DNA of 64,000 nucleotides from positions 15,252,001 through 15,316,000 of the forward strand of contig OZ024758.1 of NCBI GenBank assembly GCA_964016885.1, given 5' to 3'. Made by a program: the position numbers and the translations under genes. This document shows positions 12,912 through 25,000 of the stretch, in pieces; position 1 is the stretch's first letter, and the number at the start of each line of letters is the position of its first letter. A model generated the notes under the pieces. That model was not told the origin of the DNA. It saw only the letters and a list, made by a program, of their open reading frames with translations, and made no database searches. The stretch is from Eledone cirrhosa (Eukaryota).

Positions 12912-13251
12912 TTAACCCTTTAGTGTTCAAAGTGGCCAAAACCGGCCAGAATTCTTTACCTCTTTCTGTTGAAACTGGCTGTAACTGGTCACTCAAACTG
13001 ATGTTAAGGTATTGTTCTCAAAGAAAATACTTTCAAAATCTCATAGATTCGATATTATGTGAGCTCAAGCCTTTACTATGAAAATATAATAGTATATATA
13101 AAATAATTGTTTCTACTTTAGGCACAAAGCCAGCAATTACCCAGTGCATTACCGGTACTTTATTTTTTATCGACCCCGTAAGGATGAAAGACAAAGTCAA
13201 CCTCGGCGGGATTTAAACTCAGATAAAATAATGTGAATGCTAAAGGGTTAA
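12912..13251 (-). mobile_element. MITE-1 with nested 5'-truncated SINE-A (13108-13222)
   Basis: TSD ataaaataat at 13098-13107 and 13223-13232; TTAA at both MITE ends. Confidence 0.85.
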
Positions 13252-13650
13252 AGGGAACTGAAATTGAAGAATTATTCTCAAACACTTATGTTGTGAATGG
13301 AACTAACATGGACATCTGTGAGAGATGTTTTGTTATTTCATCTATTTCAAATGTTAAAACTTTTTCCAAAGAAATACCAAACGTGTGTGTGTGTTTTGAA
13401 AGATATAGTTGCCACAATGCTAATGACTATAATAGTTGAATAAATCGGTTAAAGGAGATAGATATGTATGTTTGTATGTATGTATGTGTGTGTGTAGATA
13501 TATCTGTGTATAGATATATCTGTGTATAGATAGATATATATATGTGTAGATAGATATATGTATATATATATGTGTGCGTGTGTAGATAGATAAATATATA
13601 TATATATTTGTGTGTGTGTGTAGATAGATAAATGTGTATATATATATATA

Positions 13651-14325
13651 TCATCATCATCATCGTTTAACATCCATTTTCCATGCTAGCATGGGTCTGG
13701 ACGGGAATTGTCCCACTTGAGGCAAGATTGGTTGTCTTACTCAGGACTGTCTGGCGGGTTTTCTACGGCTGGATGCCCTTCCTAACACCAACCACGTTTA
13801 GTGTGGACTGGGAGGGTTTTTACCGTGTTACCTACACTGCCACATTACAGCGTGGACTGTGTTTTTTTGTCGTGACACCTACACAAACTCATTTATTTGG
13901 GACTGGATGTTGTGGTACCAACATAGCTTTACATCGGAAGGGGTGGTGTAGATGGCGGTGGGGATAGGGTTAGTGGGACGGGGGTGTATTTTGGTTAAGC
14001 CTACTGACTGTAGGTTTCGCTTTGTACTTAGGCAAGGTGGGTCTTCTGTATTACTACGTAGCGCCAAAGATCTCGGTCCAGTGGCATTGTCTTGGAGAGG
14101 TGTGTGAGAGGTCGGATTTTAAATAGTCATCCCAGGTTTTTCTGGGTCTGCCTACTCCGTAGCTACTGTCTATTTTGATCGCCCTGCACGTTTTTATACA
14201 GCTATCATCTTTCATGCGCATCACGTGACCATACCAACGTAGTCTTCTCTCAAGTAAACAGCATCGGATCCCTCTTATTCCTAATTTCTCGCTTAGTTCA
14301 TTTATGCTTTGCCGTTCGCGTATTT
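13651..14325 (-). mobile_element. 5'-truncated RTE-clade LINE (subfamily 2)
   Basis: Minus strand encodes ...ERRLRWYGHVMRMKDDSCIK...GVGRPRKTWD; 3' UTR ends in (GAT)n. Confidence 0.85.
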
Positions 14326-14516
14326 GTGTGTAGATAGATAAATGTATATATGTGTGTGTGTGTGTGTAGATAGATAAATATATATATATGTGTGTGTGTA
14401 GATAGATAAATGTATATATATATGTGTGTGTAGATAGATAAATGTATATATATATATGTGTATGTGTGTAGATAAATGTATATATATATGTGTGTGTGTG
14501 TGTAGATAGATAAATG

Positions 14517-14557
<41 letters not shown>

Positions 14558-14874
14558 GTAGATAGATAAATGTATATATATATATGTGTGTGTGTAGATA
14601 GATAAATGTATATATATATATGTGTGTGTAGATAGATAAATGTATATATATATATATGTGTGTGTAGATAGATAAATGTATATATATAGATGTGTGTGTG
14701 TGTGTAGATAGATAAATGTATATATATATATATGTGTGTGTAGATAGATAAATGTATATATATAGATGTGTGTGTGTAGATAGATAAATGTATATATATA
14801 TGTGTGTGTGTGTGTGTGTAGATAGATAAATGTATATATATGTATATGTGTGTGTGTGTAGATAGATATGTATA

Positions 14875-14915
<41 letters not shown>
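14325..14915. repeat. Compound (TG)n-AGAT-(TA)n microsatellite
   Basis: Direct inspection. Confidence 0.95.
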
Positions 14916-14916
<1 letters not shown>

Positions 14917-15207
14917 TTCTCTTTGTTTCTATATTTTTTCTAAATGAATATGGTTATTAAAGATATATTTTACAGACAACTACAGCTGTCTTTTATTCAG
15001 GAAATTTTAAGATTTCTTTTAACAACTGTTGAATGTATCACATTTTTTTGGATAATTTTTTTTCTTGAAATATAGAATGTAAGGTAATGGTTTATGGATA
15101 ATTTTTTTCAATTGTATTTTTACCTAAGATATACAAGAGGTGTTTACTTTCTTAAGAATTGTACAAAATATATTGTTGCAAGAAAATAGTTTTCTTTGAA
15201 TTATATA

Positions 15208-15548
15208 TCATCATCATTTCATCATTTCATTTTACGTCCGCTTTTCCCTGCTTGCAAGGGTGGGACGGGAACTGATTCTGGCTTGATTTCTACAGCTGGA
15301 TGCCCTTCCTAACACCAACCTCATTTACAGTGAATGCTGGCTGCTTTTTTGCCGTGGCGCCTCCACGACCACTTTGCAGTGGAATGATAGGGACCCCAGT
15401 CCCTATCATCTCATTTCTACAGCTGAGTAAACTGGAGCAATGTGAAATAAAGTGTCTTGCTCAAGGAAACAACACATCACCCGGTCTGAGAATTGAACTC
15501 ACAAACTTTCGATTGCAAGACCAATGCTCTAACCACTAAGCCATGTGC
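15208..15548 (-). mobile_element. SINE-B, full length
   Basis: A box tggcttagtgg, B box gagttcaattc, central ccttgagcaagacacttt domain, RTE-like (GAT)n tail. Confidence 0.9.
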
Positions 15549-15794
15549 CTATATATATACATATATATATATATATAGTTTCGTTGACAAGTATATTAAT
15601 GTGCACAGACACACAGATATATGTCCCTTGGTATGACAGCGTGGTTTTAGCTCAATATAGGATAACTAGTATATATATGTTATTCTATACAGCGCTGGCT
15701 TTGGGACCCCCCTCCTCCTACTTGTCCTTTATCCTTGTTCTGGTGACAGAGTTCGATGGAGCTTGCAACCTTTGATATATATTTTTGTTTATAA

Positions 15795-15839
15795 GCTCTG
15801 ATGATTCCTGCCCTAGGGTATGGATGAAACACTGTTAGC
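15795..15839 (+). ncRNA. Minimal type I hammerhead ribozyme motif in a (TA)n-flanked Penelope-like fragment (~15577-15885)
   Basis: gct-CUGAUGA-ttcctgccctagggtatggat-GAAA-cactg-UU-agc; stem I gct/agc, stem II tcc-tgccc/gggta-gga. Confidence 0.55.
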
Positions 15840-16199
15840 AAATTAAACAATGTATTTCTAAGCACTCTTTGGTTATTCCTAAACTTATATATATATATAT
15901 ACATATACAATATGTAAAGATAACACACCAGAGAGACAAACAGTGCGCCATCAGTCAAACAGGGAAAACCCACCAGTGTATGGAATCTAGAGCCCTTGGA
16001 GGGCAAAGTAGACGCACAATAATTAAAAGTATAAATCAAAGTGCAAACACATACCTTGATAACTATCTAACACACACGTACAAATCCAAAAGGATCTGTT
16101 TCACCAACTAATTTCTTGACAGAAATGATTAGCCTATGGTTCATGACAGGGAATAGCGAGAGTCTATGGCTCCGTTAATTTATCGTTATATAAATATAT

Positions 16200-16548
16200 A
16201 TCATCATCATTCATCATCATTTCATTTTACGTCTGCTTTTCCCTGCTTGCAAGGGTGGGACGGGAACAGATTCTGGCTTGATTTCTACAGCTGGATGCCC
16301 TTCCTAACACCAACCTCATTTACAGTGAGTGCTGGCTGCTTTTTTGCGGTGGCACCTCCACGACCACTTTGCAGTGGAATGATAGGGACCCCAGTCCCTA
16401 TCATCTCATTTCTACAGCTGAGTAAACTGGAGCAATGTGAAATAAAGTCTCTTGCTCAAGGAAACAACACATCACCCGGTCTGGGAATTGAACTCACAAC
16501 CTTTCGATTGCAAGGCCAATGCTCTAACCACTAAGCCATGTGCCTCCA
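16200..16548 (-). mobile_element. SINE-B, full length
   Basis: Near-identical to 15208-15548. Confidence 0.9.
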
Positions 16549-16599
16549 TATATATATATATTTTTAAAAAGTTTTCTACAATTTCTGCCTTATATGCTA

Positions 16600-17510
16600 T
16601 CGTTGGCAGTATTGGAAAATATGCTTCTCGGCATAGTTATGGCGTCGATAAATAAAGCACCAGTAATACACTAGGGATTGATTTAATCGGCTTTCCCGTC
16701 CCCTTCAAATTGCTGGCCTTGTGTCTAAAGTAGAAACTATTATTATTATTAGTAACTTTGCCTTTCATCCTTACGGGGTCGATAAAATAAAGTACCAGTA
16801 ATACACTGGGTAATTGCTGGCCTTGTGCCAAAAGTAGAATCAATTATTATTATTATTATTATTGGTGGTGGATTGGCAGTATCGGTGGAGCGTTGGACAT
16901 GTTTTGTGGCATAGTTACGGCCCTTTATGTTCTGGGTTCCAATCCCGCTAAGGTAGCTTTGCCTTTCACCCTTGCGGGGTCGATAAAATAAAGTACCAGT
17001 AATGTACTGGGGGTCGATTTAATCGACTTTCCCATCCCCCAAAATTGCAGGCCTTCTGCCTATATAAGAAACCATTATTATTAATTCTAATGTATTGGCA
17101 ATATCGGCAGAACGTCAGACACCATGTTTTGCAGCATAGAGTTACGGCCATTTACGTTCTGAGTTCAAATCCTGCCGAGGTTCATTGTCTTTCATCCTTA
17201 CTGGCTCAATAAATAAAGCACCAGTAACGTACTGGGGTTGATTTAATGGACTTTCCCCTCCCCATAAATTATTAACCTTGTGCCTACATTAGAAATCATT
17301 ATTAGATAGAAATAGGGCAGTGGATTGGCAGGCAGTATCGGTAGAGGGTCAGACGCCATGCTTTGCAGCACAGTTATGTCCCTTTACGAAATTAGTTCAA
17401 ATCCCGCCAAGATTAACTTTGCCTTTCATCCTTACGGGGTCGATAAAATAAAGTACCAGTAATGTACTGGGTAATTGCTGGCCTTGTGCCAAAAGTAGAA
17501 ACAATTATTA
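16600..17510 (+). mobile_element. Head-to-tail cluster of ~5-6 SINE-A copies
   Basis: Repeated gtcgataaa(a)taaag(t/c)accagtaa...gccttgtg...(ATT)n units. Confidence 0.85.
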
Positions 17511-17955
17511 GATAGAAATTATTTTTTTTTTTTTTTTAGACAATGGAAAATGTTTTTCCTAGTTAATTGGAATGCTGGAATGTATGTAAGCAAGATGTGG
17601 CTATTAGGAGGATATTAGCTTTAAATATTGACTTGTACATTCTGGAACCCATGCCAGCTTCTTAAAATGGACTTAAAATGATGATGGTGATGATGGTGAT
17701 GATGATATCATTTTTATTCTTCGTAGAATTTATGGAAGTTTGTTTTTTGTTGTTGTTTTTTCCTGAATCCATTTCTGACTTATTAGTAAAATTTCAATAA
17801 CATCATTAAATAACTACCTGATTAGCTATTTAATTGCAATTTTTGTTTTTGTGTATAAATGTTTCCTACTGGGGACAACATCTGTAGATTAGCAGACAGT
17901 TTTAAATGTAATTTACAAAATATTAATAAATTGTGTTGATTTGTTATTGAACTGG

Positions 17956-17995
<40 letters not shown>

Positions 17996-17998
<3 letters not shown>

Positions 17999-18435
17999 GA
18001 ATAGCTTTCACCGTATTTTTGACTAAAGAAATTTTAGTCTGATAATGGGGTTTAGAACCCTTAGATAAATGGAAAAAGATGAGTATTGACGTACATGGGA
18101 TTCGAACCCACATCTTTGGTTATCCAGACCACTGTGCTACCATTACACCAACACATCACCCATCTCCTTCCATTCAAATTAGAAGCTACATTCTTAGCAA
18201 GTATAAATGACAAGTAAGTATGTTTTGAAACAGTGAGCCGGTTTCAAATTAGAAAATAGAATAGCTTTCACCAATGTAGGTTTGACTCCCATGTACGTCA
18301 ATACTCATCTTTTTCCATTTATCTGAGGGTTCTAAACCCCATTATCAGACTAAAATTTCTTTAGTCAAAAATACGGTGAAAGCTATTCTATTTTCTAATT
18401 TCAAACCTGCTCACTGTTTCAAAACATACTTACTT

Positions 18436-18437
<2 letters not shown>
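17996..18437. mobile_element. (TA)n-flanked element with internal inverted duplication and tRNA-like segment
   Basis: 17996-18101 inverted at ~18287-18391; 18211-18272 inverted at ~18375-18437. Confidence 0.75.
18087..18157 (-). pseudogene. tRNA-like cloverleaf (71 nt; nominal anticodon GGA, short variable loop)
   Basis: gatgtgt-tg-gtgt-aatggta-gcac-a-gtggt-ctggata-accaa-agat-gtggg-ttcgaat-cccat-gtacgtc-a; A and B boxes intact. Confidence 0.6.
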
Positions 18438-18469
<32 letters not shown>

Positions 18470-18636
18470 TATTAAGGATACTATTTATGGTTATGTATAT
18501 AATAAAACCTTTTATGGTTATATATTTTTTATATACAAACCCCAAATAGTGGAAGATAGTCATTCATTACTATCTTATTACCAGTAAGATAAATAGCTCA
18601 ATGTAATAGCATCAGTTGTTTTACAGAGCAGTTATA

Positions 18637-18667
<31 letters not shown>

Positions 18668-18779
18668 ATATATATTATATTATATATATAAATATAGGGC
18701 AGTAGAGATGGCTTGATAGAACAGATATTAGTATGGTTTGGTGATTGAGGGAAGTATGGCTTAGAGAGAGAAGAAAGAC

Positions 18780-19100
18780 AAGCTATGAATTGCAGAGAAT
18801 GATGGGAATAGTCAGGAAATATTGAATATTGTGAAGGGAATGAGATGGTTGGGTCATGTGCTGAGGAATATGAGAGCCAATGATGAATGTTGTGAAGGGA
18901 ATGAGATGGTTGGGTCATGTGCTGAGGAATATGAGAGCCAATGATGAATGTTGTGAAGAGAAATGGAATGGGATGGTTAGATCATGTGTTGAGGGTGGAT
19001 GGGAGGCGTAATGGGAATGAATGTGAAAGGAAGTGCAAGTCCAAGAAAGACATGTCTTAAGATGGAAGAGGTAATGAATGCCAGGGTGTTGCTGAGGTGA
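18780..19100 (+). pseudogene. Highly decayed RTE-like fragment with a ~61-bp internal duplication
   Basis: aga tgg ttg ggt cat gtg ctg agg = RWLGHVLR present twice, then WLDHVLR. Confidence 0.5.
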
Positions 19101-19640
19101 GATGTAGGGGATAGGGCCAAATACAAAAGCCCATCATTTGGCTGCTATTTCAAGCATGTTGATCAACCACATAGCTGATGTAGACAATATTCATGACACA
19201 GTGTTGATAATGATGAAGGATACTTTAACTAAGGTGTGAATTGAGAGGGATTTGACTGCTCTTTCAAGCATGTTGATCAACCACTTCATGACACAGTGTT
19301 GATAATGATGAAGGATACTTTAGATGTGTTAGTTACCAGTCAATTAGCTTTGGAAACCAATTTCCTTCTAATCATCTTCATTGAGAAGTGCGTAGTTGAA
19401 CTGTGGTTGATTAGAATCTTAGTTAACTGTTAATTAGATCATTAAATGTCTAAATATCTTAGATGTATTGTCATTGACGCAAAGAGTTACGGCCCTTTCC
19501 ATTCTGAGTTCAAATCCCGCCAAGGTTAACTTTGCCTTTCATCCTTATAGGGTCAATAAAATAAAGTACCAGTAATGCACTGGGATAATTGCTGGCCTTG
19601 TGCCAAAAGTAGAAACAATTAATTATATATATATAATGTT

Positions 19641-19985
19641 AGGCACATGGCTTAGTGGTTAGAGCATTGGCTTTGCAATCGAAAGGTTGTGAGTTCAATT
19701 CTCAGACCGGGTGATGTGTTGTTTCCTTGAGCAAGACACTTTATTTCACATTGCTCCAGTTTACTCAGCTGTAGAAATGAGATGATAGGGACTGGGGTCC
19801 TTATCATTGCACTGCAAAGTGGACGTGGAGGTGCCACGGCAAAAAAGCACCCAGCACTCACTGTAAATGAGGTTGGTGTTAGGAAGGGTATCCAGCTGTA
19901 AAAATCAAGCCAGAATCAGTTCCCGTCCCACCCTTGCAAGCAGGGAAAAAGTGGACGTAAAATGAAATGATGATGATGATGATGA
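19641..19985 (+). mobile_element. SINE-B, full length
   Basis: aggcacatggcttagtggttagagc...aaaatgaaatgatgatgatg. Confidence 0.9.
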
Positions 19986-20467
19986 TATATAAATTTGAGC
20001 GACATCTGTCTGTCCGCCACACAGTGTGTGTAAAAGGAAGGAAGGGGATGGTGAAAAAACTAGAGCAAAGCAGTGGCTAGCATTCCATTTGCTACACTGT
20101 GTATGTAAATGTATTTGTATTGTATTTGTGTGAATGTATGTCTGTGAGTGTGTATTTTTGTGTGTCTGTGTTTGTGCGTTTATAATAATATACTCATACA
20201 TGCGTCAGCTTTCTGAAAAAATGTTCATACTATTAACTTGATGTTTAGAAATGGGGTAGGGTTCTTTAGCCATTCCAAGGACACACCAACCCCTCTAGTG
20301 TTGGTAACGACGATAACATATACTTGGTACACTCTGTAAAGTGATTGACGTTTGGAAGAATATCCAATCATAGAAACCATGCCATGAGGGTGGAGTAGGC
20401 TCTTTAGTTTAGCTGGGCATATGACAACCTCTCTAGTGCTGGTGATTCCTTTGTTCCAAACACTGAC

Positions 20468-20678
20468 TTAACCCTTTAGCATTTACATTACTCTATATTT
20501 ACAATTATATTTTCATGGTAAAGTCTTTACCTCACATAGTATCAAATCTATGAGATTTTGATATTACTTGAGAAGAATACATTGACATCAGTATGAACAG
20601 CTTGTTACAGCCGGTTTGAACAGAAAGAGGTGAGCGAATTCTGGCCGAATGTGACCGGTTTAAATGCTAAAGGATTAA
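20468..20678 (+). mobile_element. Full-length MITE-1
   Basis: ttaaccctttagcatttac...taaatgctaaaggattaa. Confidence 0.9.
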
Positions 20679-21609
20679 GGAGAAATTTATTTTTGCTTTT
20701 TATTTTTATTTTTTTATTTTTTTTGTGTTTAGATGTTTTTTAATTAAAAGAAAATGTAATTTGGAGTTTCAGTGTGTCTAATACACCCCTACGTGGTGTC
20801 AGCAAATAAGTTGACATAATCAAAAGTGACAAAAGATATAAAGACAGACATCCCCAACTTGACACTAGGGAGTGATAATGGTAGGCTGTCTTTCTTTCAT
20901 TAGAAATATGGTAATGAAAGGGTAAAACTGGCACCACCTATCTTGTGTCATTGAAAGCTAATCACTTTCCCTCATACACGCACACATACACCCTTTCTTT
21001 TCCCTACAGTTGTTCCTCTCCAGAGTGTCAACTCTGGGATATCTTCTTATCCAACTGTTTTCCTGCCGATGTCAGCTTTGAAATATTCAAACTAAACCTC
21101 GATCACACCCATATCGTTCGGAAATCTCAGAGAAATTGCAACCACATTCTTCTCAAGTCTTACTACGCAAGAAAGTTAATGCCTGATGAATATTTTGTTT
21201 TTGAAATTGCTCACACAATTTTCTTTAAAATTGCTCACACAATTTTCTTTAAACCACTTTTGTATTTTATCCTTGATGAAAGCAGGAATCATTGACAATA
21301 GATTTCATTAGAAGAAAATGAAAATTTCCCATTTGGTTCATCAGATTCACTTTCACATGCACCCCCCCCCCTCTTTCTCATATTCACACATGCTCCACAG
21401 ACACACACACACAACAACAATTTAACCTGAAACCTAACCCCACCCACACCCCACCATATATATACACAAATGAAATCCAGTGAAACGAACGAGATATTTT
21501 CATTTTCTTCAAACGAGATCTATTGTCACTGAAACCCATTAAAAGATAAAAAGGATTTCTTTCCATATTTAATTTCCCACCGATAACTATAATCCCTTGA
21601 CAATTCTTC

Positions 21610-21652
<43 letters not shown>

Positions 21653-22436
21653 CCCCCGTTTTTAGTGTTTTTTTTTTTTTTTTTTTCTTTCCTGCTTTCA
21701 TTTTGTATTTACTTCAAATCTTAAACATTTTCACCTTCGGATTTTTTTTCCTGAAACTTTTGATAGCATCTAATCCACTAAAGTGAATGTTTTAATTGGC
21801 TGGCAGAGAAATCCAAAAATACTTGTATAGTTTGTTGTTGTTCCAACAACAGCAGCAAAAAATGGTCTTAGCATCTAATGTTATAACAGTAAGCTTTTTC
21901 CAAAAATACGTGTATATATTAACAGCAAAAATGGTCTTAAAATGCTTGTTGTTGTTATAACAGCAAAAATGGTCTTAGCATCTGCTGTTGTTACAATAGC
22001 AGCAGCAAGCATTTTAAGACCATTTCTGCTGCTAAAGCAAGGGGTTAGCCCTGAAGGCCCTATGATAAGCTTCTCCATTTTACACTATTGTCAACATCCT
22101 ACTTCACCAACACCCTGGCTTTGATATCCTCCTCTATCATTTTAAGCCATATATTTCTTAGGTTTTTCTTCTCCTACTTTCTCTATATTCAATTTTATAT
22201 ATTTTCTGTTTTGCTTCAATTTATTTTCTGTTTGAAAATGTAATTTCATTCATTAAAATGCAAAGCAACTTTGAGAAAATTTGTTTCCTTTTTACAAAAG
22301 TTTAAAAAAATAAATACATTCCATTTTTTTTTTCTCCTTATATTTCTAAGTTTCTGTAATATCTAGGCAACTAATTTGGTATCAGAAACAAAATTTAAAA
22401 GTATTATTATTATGTTATCCTTTCTATTTAATATCT

Positions 22437-23194
22437 TTAACCATTTTGGTACCAAACTACCTGTAACCATCCTTGGTTCTATGGTACAAAACCATTTTTT
22501 TTTAAGTGTTTATATTTATCTAAAAAACCTTTCATCTTTATTTTATGTAAGAACCTTTAAGTTATCTTCCAACCACCTTTGGTTCTATGGTACAAAACTA
22601 CCTGAAACCACTCTTGGTTCTATGGTACAAAACTATCTGAAACCATCCCTACTTCTATGGTACAAAACTATCTGAAACCATCCCTACTTCTATGGTACAA
22701 AACCATTTGTTTTAAAACACTATCTTTATTTTATGTAAGAATCTTTAAGTTATCTTACAACCACCCCTGGTTCTATGGTACCAAACTATCTGAAACCACC
22801 CCTACTTCTAGGGTACCAAACTATCTGAAACCACCCCTACTTCTATGGTACCAAACTATCTGAAACCACCCCTACTTCTATGGTACCAAACTATCTGAAA
22901 CCACCCTACTTCTATGGTACCAAACTATCTGAAACCACCCCTACTTCTATGGTACCAAACTATCTGAAACCATCCTTGGTTCTATGGTATAAAACCATTC
23001 GTTTTAAAGTGTTTATATTTATCTAAAAATCTTTGATTGTAATTTTTATGAAGAATCTTTAAGCTATGCTCCAGATACCAGCTTGATAATGAAAGTTATA
23101 TTACTAAATCTCTCAAAATTTTTGATTATTTTCCAAATTATTTGAAATTCATAGTCAGTGTCTTTCATTAGAAACATGGCAGTGAAAGGGCTAA
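22437..23194 (+). mobile_element. MITE-2 with its left end amplified into a 35-bp minisatellite
   Basis: Unit ctatggtaccaaactatctgaaaccacccctactt (tgaaacc at 22861, 22896); right end gaaacatggcagtgaaagggctaa. Confidence 0.75.
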
Positions 23195-23195
23195 C

Positions 23196-24290
23196 TCATC
23201 ATCATCATCATCACCGTTTTACGTCCGTTCTTCCACGCTAGCATGGGTTAGACAGGTTGTCCTGTTGTGGGCAGTGTCTGGTCGGCTGACCATGCCTTGC
23301 TCATACAGGAACTGATTTGGCTTGATTTCTACAGCTGGATGCCCTTCCTAACACCAACCTCATTTACAGTGAGTGCTGGGTGCTTTTTCGTGGCACCTAC
23401 ACGTCCACTTTACAGTGTGGGCTGGGTGCTTTTTTGCCGTGGCACCTCCACGACCACCTTGCGGTGGGGGGTGTGGGGGCATATTGTCTATATGCTTCAG
23501 CTTGTACCCATGGGAGGTCGGGTACTCTGTATTACTGCGTGACGCCAGAAGTCACGGTCGTGTGTCATTGTCTTTGAAAGGTGTAATTGGGTAAGGTCGG
23601 CTTTTATCACCTCATCCCAGGTCTTCTTGGGTCTCCCCACTCCGCGGTTTCCATCAACTTCTAGTGCTCTGCACCTTTTTATGCAGCTGTCCTCCTTCAT
23701 ACGCATCACATGTCCATACCAGCGCAATCGCCTCTCCTGCACACAGCATTTGATTCCTCTTATGCTCAGTCTCTCTCTCAATTCATTTATGCTTTGTCGT
23801 TCACGTATATTACTATTACACATCCATCAGAGCATGCAGGCTTTGTTTCTCTCTAATCTCCGTAAGTCTTCCACCTTCAGCGCCTAGGTCTCACTACCAT
23901 GCAACATCGCTGTTCAGATACACGCATATACAGTCTGCCTTTCATTCTGAGGGAGAAGTCTTTTGCAGCTAGCAGTGGTAGTAGTTCCCTAAACTTCTTC
24001 CATCCCGTTCTTACCCTAGTTATTGTACTTTCTGAACACCCACCTCCACTGCTAATTCGGTCACCTAGGTAGCAGAAGCTGTCTACTGTTTCTACAGGGC
24101 CCTCCCAGAGATTGGTGGTACTTGTTTCCTGTGGCTGTTTGCTGCTTGCTGTCGCAGCACAGCTGCTGCATGTGAATCCTACATTCTTAATTAAGCTTCC
24201 TGAGATCCCGCTACATCTCTTGTGTACCCATTGTTTGCATTTGGGGCAGAGAATGGAGTTCCTACCTACACCTTTCCTACATCTCTCTAT
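23196..24290 (-). mobile_element. 5'-truncated RTE-clade LINE (subfamily 1), frameshifted RT C-terminal region + 3' UTR
   Basis: ORFs 23877-24302 (KGVGRNSILCPKCKQWVHKRCSG...VDSFCYLGD...GWKKFRELLPLL) and 23497-23823 (RRLRWYGHVMRM...GRPKKTWDEV); (GAT)n tail. Confidence 0.9.
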
Positions 24291-24799
24291 ATGAATGTAC
24301 ATAGGTAAGACAAATAGTTTGTGTATTTCCTTCTAGATCAGGTATGGTATTGATTTTGATGTATTTCTTTAATACCTACCTTCCTTATATAATTGGCTCT
24401 TGTCATTCTGATTATCATGTTGTCAAACTGCCCAGAGCAGGTGTTCCAGCATCTGTACCGTCTACTAGTTTTCTTGCCAATCATAAATGCTAACAACACA
24501 AAGATTTGTGATAATCTTGGAAGGTAGAGCAGAGTGATAGAATTTGTCCTCTTGCCAAAAAAACTCAAGGGCTGTGCTTGAAAAAAAAAGAAAAAATCAT
24601 TATAAAGTAGAATGTCTCACAATTTCTTGCTACTTGTCTTCAATATCAATTTCGTCCTTCCTATTTTAAATATTTCCTCATGAAGTTCTTGGAGGAACCA
24701 CTTGAATATTGAGTGAGTACTGCTTGCTCTTTGTCTCTAGAATAACCAAAATTAAAGTAGTTTCCATAAGATTATTTTATAGCTCGTACTTAGAAAATA

Positions 24800-25000
24800 A
24801 CGGTTTTTTATATAGGCAAAAGGCCAGCAATTTTGGAGGAGGGGAAAGTTGATTAAATTGACCCAAGTACGTGGCTGGTACTTTATTTTATCAACCTCGT
24901 AAGGATGAAGGGCAAAGTTAACCTCAGCGGGATTTGAACTCAGATCATAAAGGGACGTAACTCTATGCTGCAAAACATGGCGTCCGACCTTCTACTGATA
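24800..25000 (-). mobile_element. SINE-A
   Basis: Reverse complement of the SINE-A consensus. Confidence 0.85.

Noticed and set aside
16085-16155. Minus-strand ctgtcatga...tggtgaaacagatc as a hammerhead
   Set aside because: Core interrupted by a 2-nt insertion; stems I and III not formed
17540-17585. Possible 46-bp exon (poly-T-ag ... gtaagc)
   Set aside because: The acceptor is a poly-T run abutting a SINE tail; peptide uninformative; weak donor context
18030-18075. ctgataa-hairpin-gata as a hammerhead
   Set aside because: Two core mismatches (G8, A14) and no stem I partner
19641-19715. SINE-A/B/C heads as functional tRNA genes
   Set aside because: A/B boxes are present but acceptor stems are not formed, and each continues into a SINE body and tail
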